Shown here piece after piece: positions 28,023-37,694 of a DNA stretch of 64,000 nucleotides. Made by a program: the position numbers and the translations under genes. The stretch is from a bacterium (GTDB lineage: Bacteria; SAR324; NAC60-12): contig CBDDTI010000747.1 in the NCBI GenBank assembly GCA_965233585.1, forward strand, positions 800,001 to 864,000, given 5' to 3'. Below the pieces are notes generated by a model. The model was given only the letters and a program-made list of their open reading frames with translations. It made no database searches and was not told where the DNA came from. Within the stretch, counting starts at the first letter, position 1, and each line of letters starts with the position of its first letter.

Positions 28023-28790
28023 TCAAGCAGATGTGATCCTTCTACTTTTCCTATTCATTTTTTCTAATGCTTGCTCACTGACAAAATTTTCTGTGCCTCC
28101 TTCTAGTCTGGTTTTAAGTTTTGGATTGACCCAATCGGGAATTTTGTTGCGATTCTGACCTGCATTGACCCGCTCAATCATCTTTTTTTCTGCTTCGGTC
28201 AAAGGCTGTTCTTCCAACTCTTGCACTTTTCCATTTTTAACAATTTTTTGTTCTGCCAGTTGACGATATTCCATCTTCCTTCTTTTGAGTCTGGCTTCTT
28301 CAATCATTTTTTTTCGGAGGGCGTCTGCATCAAGTTTGACTTCTGTGCGTTCCATGTCAAGTATTTCAATTTTAAAAATCAGGTCTGCCTTGGCAGGCAC
28401 TCCTGCAGCTTTGAACCCTGAATCTCCGTATGCTTCTTCAGCAGGAATTTTGATTTGAATTTTTGAGCCAACTCTGATGCCCTTGAGTGACTTGTCCCAG
28501 CCTTGAATGACGTTGCCTTTGCCAAGCTCAAATTCAAATGGTTTGCGTTTGTCTCGTGAGCTGTCAAATTTAGTGTAATCTTTGGCAAGCCAACCTTCAT
28601 AATGTACCGTCACCAAGTCCCCATCTTGCAAAGTTTCACCACGACCGTGTTTTTCCATATAGATTTGGGTGTCGCTGGAAGATATTCTTTTAAATGCTTT
28701 GTCAATCGCTAATGGAGGTGGCGGGTTTTTCTTTGCCACGTCTTTGTCTTGGGTTGATTTGATGGAAGATGATGCAGAAGAGACGTTCAT
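28023..28790 (-). CDS. FKBP-type peptidyl-prolyl isomerase with basic C-terminal extension
   Basis: VHYEG, FDSSRD, GNVIQGWD, IPAEEAYG. Confidence 0.9.
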   Translation of the reverse strand: MNVSSASSSIKSTQDKDVAKKNPPPPLAIDKAFKRISSSDTQIYMEKHGRGETLQDGDLVTVHYEGWLAKDYTKFDSSRDKRKPFEFELGKGNVIQGWDKSLKGIRVGSKIQIKIPAEEAYGDSGFKAAGVPAKADLIFKIEILDMERTEVKLDADALRKKMIEEARLKRRKMEYRQLAEQKIVKNGKVQELEEQPLTEAEKKMIERVNAGQNRNKIPDWVNPKLKTRLEGGTENFVSEQALEKMNRKSRRITSA

Positions 28791-28795
28791 AACTT

Positions 28796-29944
28796 TTAAA
28801 ACTGACAGTTGACGGTTTCTACTTGGTCTTCGCTGTCCTCTAAAGGGACTTCAATTTCAACAGGATTTTGTTGATTGCCTCTGACTTCGCCTTGTTGAAA
28901 GTCTGAAAACAAAAACAAATTTTCTCCTTGCAAGTAACGTCCCGATTCTTGGACTTTTGCCCCGTTTTGCAGACGAATGAATTTGTTTTGTGCGTTAAAG
29001 TAGGCTTGCCCTGCTTGTGCTACTCTGCCAATTTGTCTCATACAAACTTCACGTTCTGCAAAAACTTCTTTCAGTTGTTGTTGGTCTTCAAGTTTTGCAC
29101 GAATTGTTTGAGCCGTGAAGACCATGTTTTCAAGGGGTCTTTCTAACTCTGCCTGACCTGCTAAGGCGATTGTTTGTGCAATTTCATCTAAATCAATCTG
29201 CTGTGCCTTGACTAAGATAGGGGCTTGTTCTAAATCGGTGTAGTCTCTGATGGGTGTTTCAAGCACTTCTTCGGCAATTTGATGATGGATTTGGACTAAG
29301 ACACGGTCTTCCTTGTTTTGGCTTTTGCTCCAAAGCGTCATACGTTTGTTTTCTATATCTATATCTGCTCGTTCTGCAAAAAGTCGCAAAGATTGGTCTT
29401 CTATCCTGACTTGACCTCGCAACTCAATTTTACGTTTCACGCGGTCATAGGTAATTCTATTGGCGTAAAGGTAGCGGTCTTGTTGACGAAACATGACGTT
29501 GTGTTCTGCAATCAAAAGCTCATAGTTTTTCTTGTCGGTGCTTAACAGACTCATTTTGTCTGCAAAAAACTCTACACTTTCTCTGGGAATCCACCCTTCT
29601 ACATTTTGACTAAACACCAGCTTCCCTTCCTTCAGATTACCTGAAAGCTTTTGAGCTGAGGCAATCAAGTTTTTAATCTTGGCATGTTCTAAAAGTGTTT
29701 GAACATCTTGCGCTTTGACAATGGGGATTTTGAGATTTTTGAGTGCCTGAACGAACTGTTCTTGCGATTTGAAGGTTTTGGAGAGCAGCGGCTTGAGTGC
29801 CTGTATTTGTTCTGTTTGCCAGTTCTGCAAGGTCAGGGTTGCAAGTATTTTTTCTGTGATTTTAAAGTGTACTGTATCTGCACTTGCAAACTGGAGGGAA
29901 AAAATGGCAAATAAGCCACCAAGTAAGTACCGCATCATTTGCAT
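28796..29944 (-). CDS. LptA/OstA-like beta-jellyroll protein (LPS transport)
   Basis: Signal peptide; repeated A-x-x-I-x-Y/D...LxGxVxI strands; follows pyrG. Confidence 0.65.
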   Translation of the reverse strand: MQMMRYLLGGLFAIFSLQFASADTVHFKITEKILATLTLQNWQTEQIQALKPLLSKTFKSQEQFVQALKNLKIPIVKAQDVQTLLEHAKIKNLIASAQKLSGNLKEGKLVFSQNVEGWIPRESVEFFADKMSLLSTDKKNYELLIAEHNVMFRQQDRYLYANRITYDRVKRKIELRGQVRIEDQSLRLFAERADIDIENKRMTLWSKSQNKEDRVLVQIHHQIAEEVLETPIRDYTDLEQAPILVKAQQIDLDEIAQTIALAGQAELERPLENMVFTAQTIRAKLEDQQQLKEVFAEREVCMRQIGRVAQAGQAYFNAQNKFIRLQNGAKVQESGRYLQGENLFLFSDFQQGEVRGNQQNPVEIEVPLEDSEDQVETVNCQF

Positions 29945-31527
29945 TCTTTGTGATAGGTGTGTGCTGCATCAATGAACGATGCAAACAAAGGGTGAGGTTT
30001 GAGGGGCTTTGAAATCAGTTCAGGGTGATATTGACAGCCAATGAACCAGAGAGCATTTTTCAATTCTATGGTTTCTACCAAATTGCGTTCAACATGCCGT
30101 CCTGAGACAATCAAGCCGTTTTGTTCTAATTGTGGCAAATATTCATTCATCACTTCATAGCGATGCCGATGCCTTTCTTCAATTTGAGTTTTGCCGTAAA
30201 TCTGTGCGATAAGCGTACCATCTTTTAAAGTGGCAGGATAAGCTCCAAGCCTCATAGTTCCTCCTGTTCCTTCTTGACCTGTTTGTTCAGGCATGATGTC
30301 AATGACGCGTGAACCTCCATTGTTAAATTCTCCTGATGTAGCATCTTTGATGTTGGCAACATTTCTGGCAAATTCAACAATCGCCAGCTGCATTCCCAAA
30401 CAGATTCCAAAGAAGGGGATATTGTTCGTGCGGGCATACTTCACTGCCTCAATTTTTCCCTCAACACCTCTGACGCCAAAACCCGGTGCCACCAAAATTC
30501 CGTCAACATCGGCAAGTTCTGCCTCTATGTTGGTCTCAAATTGTTCAGAATTGACATATTTCAAATGGACACGAAGTGAGCAAGCAATACCTCCATGTAC
30601 CAAGGCTTCATTTAAGCTGGCATAAGCGTCACGAAGTTCCACGTATTTTCCAATAAACGCGATGGTGACTTCTGCTTTGGGACGTGCTTGACACATAGCT
30701 TGCCATTGCTCAAGTTGAGGTTCACGGGTCCACATGTTCAGACGTTGAGCCATCTTTTCATCAAGTCCTTCTTTGTGAAAATTAAGTGGGGCTTCATAGA
30801 CGATGGGAACATCAGGGGCATTGATGACACACTTCACATCAACGTTGGTAAAAAAAGCAATTTTCTCGCGAATTTCTTCAGGAATTTCACCTTTGGAACG
30901 GCAAATTAAAAAATCTGGTTGAATGCCGACTTCCAGCAATTTTCCAACGCTATGCTGCGTCGGTTTCGTTTTGATTTCATCATGTGCCTGATACATCAAG
31001 GGAGTCAGATGAGCAAACAAAGTATGGTCTCTGCCTAACTGATGCCGACATTGACGTATGGCTTCCAAAAACGGCTGTGATTCAATGTCTCCAACAGTAC
31101 CTCCAATTTCTACGATTGCAACATCAACATTTTGCACACACTCAAAAATCCCATCTTTAATCTCATCAATGACATGAGGCACAACTTGCACAGTGTTTCC
31201 CAAGTAGTGTCCTTCCCGTTCCTTACGTAAAATAGCATCATAGATTTGACCGGTGGTGCGATTGTGTTTTCTTGTTAACAATGCGGTTGTGTAACGTTCA
31301 TAATGCCCTAAATCTAAATCAGTTTCTGCACCATCTGCTGTAACAAAGACTTCGCCATGTTGAAAGGGACTCATCGTGCCAGCGTCAAGATTAATGTATG
31401 GGTCTAGTTTCATCAATGTTACCCGTAACCCACGACTCTCAAGCAACATTCCGATAGATGCGGCTGCAATCCCTTTTCCAAGACCTGAAACAACTCCACC
31501 TGTAATAAAAATAAATTTTGTATTCAT
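29935..31527 (-). CDS. pyrG: CTP synthase
   Basis: TGGVVSGLGKG, DLDLGHYER, GICLGMQ, ERHRHRYE, QYHPE. Confidence 0.98.
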   Translation of the reverse strand: MNTKFIFITGGVVSGLGKGIAAASIGMLLESRGLRVTLMKLDPYINLDAGTMSPFQHGEVFVTADGAETDLDLGHYERYTTALLTRKHNRTTGQIYDAILRKEREGHYLGNTVQVVPHVIDEIKDGIFECVQNVDVAIVEIGGTVGDIESQPFLEAIRQCRHQLGRDHTLFAHLTPLMYQAHDEIKTKPTQHSVGKLLEVGIQPDFLICRSKGEIPEEIREKIAFFTNVDVKCVINAPDVPIVYEAPLNFHKEGLDEKMAQRLNMWTREPQLEQWQAMCQARPKAEVTIAFIGKYVELRDAYASLNEALVHGGIACSLRVHLKYVNSEQFETNIEAELADVDGILVAPGFGVRGVEGKIEAVKYARTNNIPFFGICLGMQLAIVEFARNVANIKDATSGEFNNGGSRVIDIMPEQTGQEGTGGTMRLGAYPATLKDGTLIAQIYGKTQIEERHRHRYEVMNEYLPQLEQNGLIVSGRHVERNLVETIELKNALWFIGCQYHPELISKPLKPHPLFASFIDAAHTYHKECK

Positions 31528-31783
31528 ATTAACTTAAATCAAAAAACGTTCTAATGCCTTTTCATATTCATTAAATCAAACGGAGTATCCTATCACTCAT
31601 TGGCTCAAAAATCCAAAAATAATCAAGTGTGAAAGACACATCAACCCGTCATTGTCATTGAAATAAAGATAACAGAGATATTGGCATTGAAGGCAAATTG
31701 AGTGTTGTTGCTAAGTGTTCCTTGAGTTTTTATGACATGTTTGATAGACTACTTGCTTTTGATAGATTTTAGACAGACTTTCA

Positions 31784-32848
31784 ATGGACTCTGAACCCTC
31801 TCCTTCTACTTCATCTCTTTTCCGACCTTACCGTCTGATAGATTGCCTCACTTGTTCCTTTAAACTTTGGTTTGCTCATCTGACGTCTATTACATTCTTG
31901 ACGTTGTTGCTTCTATTGCCAGCGTTAGTGTTCATGTCCTTTGGTGGGAATAATGCAGGATATTTGATTTTGGCAATTTCCCTACTGTTTGCTGATGCAG
32001 CTTTCAGCATCGGATTTTCCTGTGTTGAAGCCATTGGGAGGTTCCCCAGCTTTGCAATTCTTAAATTATTGTTTTCAAAGAATTATTTTTTCAAAACTCT
32101 TGCATTAGCTTTGTTGCAGTTTCTCTTTCAATGGGTTGGCACATTGATTCTGGTTTTAGCAATGTTCCAAACACCTGCCCCGTTTGACTGGATTTTAGGC
32201 ACTGCATTTGGTGCTTTTTTTATTTTTTGCATGATTGCTATTTCGTTAGCACAATCTGTTTGGATTTGGGAGGGAGAATTTGGAGGGAACGCATTGGCAA
32301 GAAGTTTTCGGCTTGTGAAACCTAGCTTTGGAAGAGCCTTTGAAGTACAAACTTCATTGTTTTTGCTTAAATTAGGGGTGTCTTACATCCTGTTAATCAC
32401 TTTTGTCATGCCAGACGTCAATGCCATTGACATAAAAAGTGAGGAATTTATTGAACTGTTCGCTACTTCTGTTCCATTGACATTGTGGTTTTCACATCTT
32501 CTGATTACTCCTGTCAATAGCATTGCAACTACATTGCTTTATTTTCATCTACGCCATTCCAACCAGCAAGAACCTGCACCAAATTTAAACACTCGTTTGC
32601 AGGACATCATGCTAGAATTGCAACAACAAAACACTACTCAACTTGCAGAAGCACCAAGCGTCAGTAACGAACAGCCAGAAGATTTGAATCAAACAAAAGA
32701 AGAAGCAGATAACCCCGAACAAAAAATTTCAACCCAAATTGCAGAAGCACCAAGCGTCAGTAACGAACAGCCAGAGGATTTAGGTCAAACGCAAGAAAAC
32801 ACAAACAACACTGAACAAGAACTTTCACAAGATAAGGCGAATAAGTAG
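31784..32848 (+). CDS. Polytopic membrane protein with acidic repeated C-terminal tail
   Basis: Several TM helices; AEAPSVSNEQPEDL x2 (96-nt period). Confidence 0.75.
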   Translation: MDSEPSPSTSSLFRPYRLIDCLTCSFKLWFAHLTSITFLTLLLLLPALVFMSFGGNNAGYLILAISLLFADAAFSIGFSCVEAIGRFPSFAILKLLFSKNYFFKTLALALLQFLFQWVGTLILVLAMFQTPAPFDWILGTAFGAFFIFCMIAISLAQSVWIWEGEFGGNALARSFRLVKPSFGRAFEVQTSLFLLKLGVSYILLITFVMPDVNAIDIKSEEFIELFATSVPLTLWFSHLLITPVNSIATTLLYFHLRHSNQQEPAPNLNTRLQDIMLELQQQNTTQLAEAPSVSNEQPEDLNQTKEEADNPEQKISTQIAEAPSVSNEQPEDLGQTQENTNNTEQELSQDKANK

Positions 32849-32886
32849 TCTCTGCAATCTATCAAAAATTTTCAAAAGTTTAATGT

Positions 32887-33198
32887 TCAAGAGGCAGAAG
32901 CAGAAGTGGTATTTTGAGTTGTGGAGGATTTTGGGGAACTGTCAGCTTTGGTTGACGATTTAGTTTTTTTGTCATCAGTCTTTTTTTCGTCAGGCTTAGC
33001 AGGTTTAGATTGAGATTGACTGCCGTATCCATCTTGATACCAGCCTCCACCCTTGAGATGAAAGGCACTTTTTGAAAGCATGCGTTCAAGTGTCGCTTGA
33101 CCACATTGGGGGCATTCTGTAAGTGGAGCATCGTTGAATTTCTGCATTTCCTCAAGTTGATGTTGACATTCTTGACAAAGATACTCATAAATTGGCAT
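32887..33198 (-). CDS. FmdB family zinc-ribbon protein
   Basis: MPIYEYLCQEC...CPQCG...FHLKGGGWY. Confidence 0.92.
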   Translation of the reverse strand: MPIYEYLCQECQHQLEEMQKFNDAPLTECPQCGQATLERMLSKSAFHLKGGGWYQDGYGSQSQSKPAKPDEKKTDDKKTKSSTKADSSPKSSTTQNTTSASAS

Positions 33199-33278
33199 GT
33201 TCTTGACTCCAAAAATAATTAAAATAAAGATTGTAAAAAACGACTACACAGGCTATAAAAAAATCACACACTTGTCAA

Positions 33279-33995
33279 ATGCTCATTGCACGTCATCTTA
33301 CCAAATCATACAAAGGGCGTCAGGTTGTCAAAAATGTTTCTGTTGAAATTGGGCGGGGAGATATTGTAGGGTTATTGGGTCCCAACGGGGCGGGTAAGAC
33401 AACATCGTTTTACATGATTGTGGGAATCATCACCCCCGACAGTGGAAATGTTGAGTTGATGGGAAAAACCATTACTCGTTTAGCCATGCACCGTAGAATG
33501 AAATTGGGGCTTGGTTATCTTCCGCAAGAGGTGTCTGTTTTCAGACGGCTTAATGTTGAAGAAAATTTGCTGGCTGTGATGGAGCAAATCCAGTTGAAAC
33601 GTAAGCAACGTTATGAAAGAATGGAGGCGTTGTTAGAAGAGTTGCAAATCTCGCATATCCGAAAGCTCAAAGGCTATGCACTTTCAGGTGGGGAAAGCCG
33701 CAGGGTTGAAATTGCCAGAGCATTGGCACTCAATCCCCAATTTATTTTGTTTGATGAGCCTTTTGCTGGGGTTGACCCTATTGCTGTCTTGGATATTCAA
33801 AGAATCATTTGCGGACTTTCTGAGAAAGGTATAGGAGTCTTGATTACAGACCACAATGTGAGAGAAACATTTGGCATCATTCATCGTGGCTATATTATGA
33901 ATGCAGGTGGAGTCTTAGCTAGTGGGAAACCTGAAGAACTGATGAACGACCAAGAAGCACGTCAAGTGTACCTTGGTGAGTCCTTTTCAATCTAA
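33279..33995 (+). CDS. lptB: LPS export ABC transporter ATP-binding protein
   Basis: GPNGAGKTTSFYM, LSGGESRRVEIARAL, DEPFAGVDP, ITDHNVRET. Confidence 0.95.
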   Translation: MLIARHLTKSYKGRQVVKNVSVEIGRGDIVGLLGPNGAGKTTSFYMIVGIITPDSGNVELMGKTITRLAMHRRMKLGLGYLPQEVSVFRRLNVEENLLAVMEQIQLKRKQRYERMEALLEELQISHIRKLKGYALSGGESRRVEIARALALNPQFILFDEPFAGVDPIAVLDIQRIICGLSEKGIGVLITDHNVRETFGIIHRGYIMNAGGVLASGKPEELMNDQEARQVYLGESFSI

Positions 33996-34014
33996 ACTAA
34001 AGGATTAAAAATTT

Positions 34015-35625
34015 ATGAAAAAAATGAGAATGGGTCAGAATCTGCAAATGAGGCTGTCGCAGCAGCTCATTATGACCCCTCAACTGCAACAAGCGATTAA
34101 ATTATTGCAACTCTCCAGAAAAGAGCTTGAAGATTTAATCAATCAGGCGTTGATTGAAAACCCCACTTTAGAGGAAAGACAACCCGATGAAGAGCCTGCC
34201 GAACGAACAAAGTCTCTTGATGGAGATGATCCAGAAGTTTTAACTAGTACAGAATCCATTGAAACGGCAAGGCAGTCTGAAAAAGAAGACCTTACCCCAG
34301 AAGAATGGGATTGGAAGAAATATGCAGAATTAGGAATGACCAAAGAAAGTCGTAGAGTAGACCACGATGACGAGACTCCTTTTGATGCCACATTAGCACA
34401 AACCCAAACTTTGACAGACCACCTGCTTTGGCAACTGGACATGTTGAAACTTGATGCCTTAGAGCATCAAGTTGGGACTTATCTGATTGGCAATATTGGA
34501 GATAGTGGATACTTGGCTATAAGCCTTCGTGACGTGCTTTTAGAAAATCCTGAATTGTCCCAAGACATTGAAGAATGGCTGACAGAAAACCCTGATGTTG
34601 AACTCCCTGACCTCAATGAGGACATGCTTGATGCTCAATATTACTCTGATTCCCAAGAAGATCCAAAAGACAAACAAATTCATTTCAAAAGTGCGCAATT
34701 CATTGAACGCATTTTAAGAATGATTATGGATTTTGACCCGCAAGGTGTTGGCTCACGATCATTGCAAGAATGTTTGTTGGTTCAGTTAGAGTTGCTCCAG
34801 ATGAAAGATCATTTGGGCTATCAAATTGTTTTGCGAAATATGGATTTGTTGCAAAACAAAGACTTAAAAAAAATCGCAAGACTTCAGAAAGCACCCCTTG
34901 AAAAAGTCATTGAAGCCTACAAACTCATCATGTCCCTAGAACCTAAACCAGGTCGCAGTTTTGGAGGAACACAAATAGACCAATATATCATTCCTGATGT
35001 CTATATCTACCGTACCAACAACGGTGAGTATAAAGTGGCTCTCAATGAAAGCGGAACGCCTCGTTTAAAAATCAATGACTATTACCAAAACTTAGCTTCA
35101 ACGATTGAAAATAATGAGCAAAACTCTCTGACTAAAGAATACATCCATGAAAAAATAAAGGCAGGAGAGTGGTTGATGAAAAGTATTGAGCAACGTCAAC
35201 GCACCATTTATAAAGTCACTCAAAGTTTACTGAAGTTTCAAAGAGATTTTTTTGAGAAGGGAATCCATTACCTCAAGCCATTGGTCTTAAAAGATGTTGC
35301 AGAAGACATCAATGTCCATGAATCCACAGTCAGTCGCATCACCACCAATAAATACATGCACACGCCGCAGGGTATTTTTGAGCTTAAATATTTTTTCACC
35401 AGTGGAGTAGAACAGGGAGAAGGCGAGACCATCTCTTCTAAACGAATTAAAGAAATTATTGAACAGCTGATTCAGAGAGAAGACCCCAAATCCCCTTATA
35501 CTGACTTACAAATTGCCAAAATTCTATTAGATCGGAGCAACATCAGAATTGCGAGACGAACCATTGCCAAATATCGTGAAGCCATGAATATTCTCCCTTC
35601 CAATAGACGAAAAAAATTGTTTTAA
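34015..35625 (+). CDS. rpoN: RNA polymerase sigma-54 factor
   Basis: MTPQLQQAIKLLQL, HESTVSR, RpoN box ARRTIAKYRE. Confidence 0.97.
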   Translation: MKKMRMGQNLQMRLSQQLIMTPQLQQAIKLLQLSRKELEDLINQALIENPTLEERQPDEEPAERTKSLDGDDPEVLTSTESIETARQSEKEDLTPEEWDWKKYAELGMTKESRRVDHDDETPFDATLAQTQTLTDHLLWQLDMLKLDALEHQVGTYLIGNIGDSGYLAISLRDVLLENPELSQDIEEWLTENPDVELPDLNEDMLDAQYYSDSQEDPKDKQIHFKSAQFIERILRMIMDFDPQGVGSRSLQECLLVQLELLQMKDHLGYQIVLRNMDLLQNKDLKKIARLQKAPLEKVIEAYKLIMSLEPKPGRSFGGTQIDQYIIPDVYIYRTNNGEYKVALNESGTPRLKINDYYQNLASTIENNEQNSLTKEYIHEKIKAGEWLMKSIEQRQRTIYKVTQSLLKFQRDFFEKGIHYLKPLVLKDVAEDINVHESTVSRITTNKYMHTPQGIFELKYFFTSGVEQGEGETISSKRIKEIIEQLIQREDPKSPYTDLQIAKILLDRSNIRIARRTIAKYREAMNILPSNRRKKLF

Positions 35626-35661
35626 CCTTTCTTCTCACATTCATTCAAAAGAGGCGCATTT

Positions 35662-36357
35662 ATGGGACTTGTATCAAGATTTATCAACTTAATTCGTTCT
35701 AACTTCACCAGTTTTTTAGACAGTGCAGAAAATCCTGAAAAACTTCTAAATCAAGCAGTCGGAGATTTAGAAGAGAAAAAGAGAGAAGCTAAAGACAAGG
35801 TGGCTCACGCTTTAGCAGACCAGAAAAAATTAGAATCGGAGTTGCGTAAAAAACAATCAGAAGTGGACAAATGGGAGCAAAAAGCGATTTTGGCAGTGCA
35901 AGCCAACAAAGACGAACTTGCCAAAGAAGCACTTGTCAGAAAGAAAGAAAATGAACGTTATGTTTTGGAGTTTCAACAACAGTTAGAGATTCATCAAAAA
36001 AACACTGAAGCACTCCGCAACTCATACCAGCAACTGGAAGACAAAATCTCAGAAATCAAACGCAAGAAAGGCGTCATCATTGCCAAACAAAAAACTGCAG
36101 AAGCTCAAGAGTCCATGTACAAAGCAGTGCAAGGCACGAGTGATAGCGGTGGCATTATGAACACCATTGAAAGAATGGAGGAAAAAGTGGACGACATGCA
36201 AGCCCGTTCAGAAGCCTACCAAGAATTAAGTGACGGCGGGGCTGATAGTCTGGAAAAGAAATTTGCTGAACTAGAGTCTTCTTCACCCGATGTTGATGCA
36301 GAACTGCTTGCTCTGAAACAACGTTCGCAAATTGAAAATAAACCGCAGTCATCATAA
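35662..36357 (+). CDS. pspA: PspA/IM30 family protein
   Basis: LDSAENPEKLLNQ, DELAKEAL, coiled coil, VDAELLALK. Confidence 0.9.
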   Translation: MGLVSRFINLIRSNFTSFLDSAENPEKLLNQAVGDLEEKKREAKDKVAHALADQKKLESELRKKQSEVDKWEQKAILAVQANKDELAKEALVRKKENERYVLEFQQQLEIHQKNTEALRNSYQQLEDKISEIKRKKGVIIAKQKTAEAQESMYKAVQGTSDSGGIMNTIERMEEKVDDMQARSEAYQELSDGGADSLEKKFAELESSSPDVDAELLALKQRSQIENKPQSS

Positions 36358-36447
36358 TTGACTTGTCTTCACATTCTTTTTTCATTACAATAGCCAGCTT
36401 TTGTTTTGATTCTGAAAATCTCTTCTTAGAACTTCACATTCTCATTT

Positions 36448-36521
36448 GGCAAGGTAGCTCAGTTGGTGAGAGCGCAGGATTCATAACCCTGAGGTCGGGG
36501 GTTCAATTCCCCCCTTTGCTA
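36448..36521 (+). tRNA. tRNA-Met (CAT anticodon, elongator-like); CCA not encoded
   Basis: Acceptor stem GGCAAGG/CTTTGCT, D arm AGCTCAGTTGGTGAGAGC, TTCATAA loop, GGTTCAATTCC T arm. Confidence 0.93.
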
Positions 36522-36559
36522 TTTAACCCCATCTGACAATCTAAAACCTGACTCACTCC

Positions 36560-37654
36560 ATGACTACTTTTCTTGACTACTTTTCTTTTTACTACGTCAT
36601 TTTGACCTTTTTCACATTGTTCTGCTTACTCCTCCTTCTGCGATTTGCTTTTCGTCGTCGTAAACATCAAACTCCTTTATTTGAATTGGAATCATTGAAT
36701 GATGTTTTTGAGAAAGAAACTGCTAAGTTTGAGTCATTGGTCAGGAGGCATTCCTATTTTCCTTCCAAAGCCATGAAACTACTACGAAAGCAGTACAAAA
36801 AAGAGAAAAAAGAACAAGAAAAGAAAGACAAAAAGGAAGAACAAGAGAAGATTCAAAAAATTGCAGAAGCCTTGACGACTTCTAACCTTGAAAAGATTGA
36901 ACATGAATACATGAAAAAATCTTATGTGATTGACTTTGAAGGTGATGTTTTAGCCAAACCAACAACATTGCTGAGGCAACAAATTTCTTTCATTTTAAGT
37001 GTAGCATCTGAACAAGATGAGGTGATTGTCAGGCTAGGAAGTCCGGGCGGAGGCGTCCCCCAATATGGACTTGCTGCCTCGCAACTTGAAAGGCTCAAAC
37101 GTGCTAACATTCGTCTTGTCGTTTGTGTGGACATTGTTGCCGCTAGTGGGGGTTATCTGATGGCGTCTGTGGCAGACTGGATTTGTGCCGCTCCTTTTGC
37201 CTATATCGGCTCAATCGGAGTGGTGGCAGGAGTGCCAAATGTCAGCCGTTTGATGAAAAAAAATGACATAGATTACTACCTTTTCACAGCGGGACAGTAC
37301 AAACGAACGGTGACTCCTTTTACTGAAGTCACCGAAGAAGGAAAAGAGAAGTTTCAGGAAAATTTGACAGAGATTTACGGGCAATTTTGTCGGCACATCG
37401 CCAAATTTCGTCCTGATGTTGAAATTGAGCAAGTCGCAACAGGAGAGTTTTGGCTGGCAGAACAAGCCAAAGACAAAGGGTTGGTTGACGAAATTACCTC
37501 AAGTGATGACTACCTGACCAAACAAGCAAAAGACAGACATATCATTTGGCTTAAACCTTCTGAAGAAAAATCTCCCATCAAAAAACTCTTAAAAAATGCC
37601 CAAATGCTTTTGCATCGCTATAATCCCCTCCAACCACATCATTTCATTTCCTGA
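36560..37654 (+). CDS. sohB: S49 family protease SohB
   Basis: SPGGGVPQYGLAASQLERL, AASGGYLMA, TAGQYKRTVT. Confidence 0.92.
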   Translation: MTTFLDYFSFYYVILTFFTLFCLLLLLRFAFRRRKHQTPLFELESLNDVFEKETAKFESLVRRHSYFPSKAMKLLRKQYKKEKKEQEKKDKKEEQEKIQKIAEALTTSNLEKIEHEYMKKSYVIDFEGDVLAKPTTLLRQQISFILSVASEQDEVIVRLGSPGGGVPQYGLAASQLERLKRANIRLVVCVDIVAASGGYLMASVADWICAAPFAYIGSIGVVAGVPNVSRLMKKNDIDYYLFTAGQYKRTVTPFTEVTEEGKEKFQENLTEIYGQFCRHIAKFRPDVEIEQVATGEFWLAEQAKDKGLVDEITSSDDYLTKQAKDRHIIWLKPSEEKSPIKKLLKNAQMLLHRYNPLQPHHFIS

Positions 37655-37694
37655 TAAACTCCAGCAACCTGATTTTTTTCTTTTCCTAAAAAAA

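Noticed and set aside
27835..28026. 63-aa ORF or ncRNA between pckA and the FKBP gene
   Set aside because: Only one imperfect hairpin (CACCCGTGAGA/TTTCACAGGTG) and no recognisable family; more likely a terminator region
36448..36560. Integration site at tRNA-Met
   Set aside because: No duplicated tRNA 3' end and no integrase noticed; flanking genes are housekeeping
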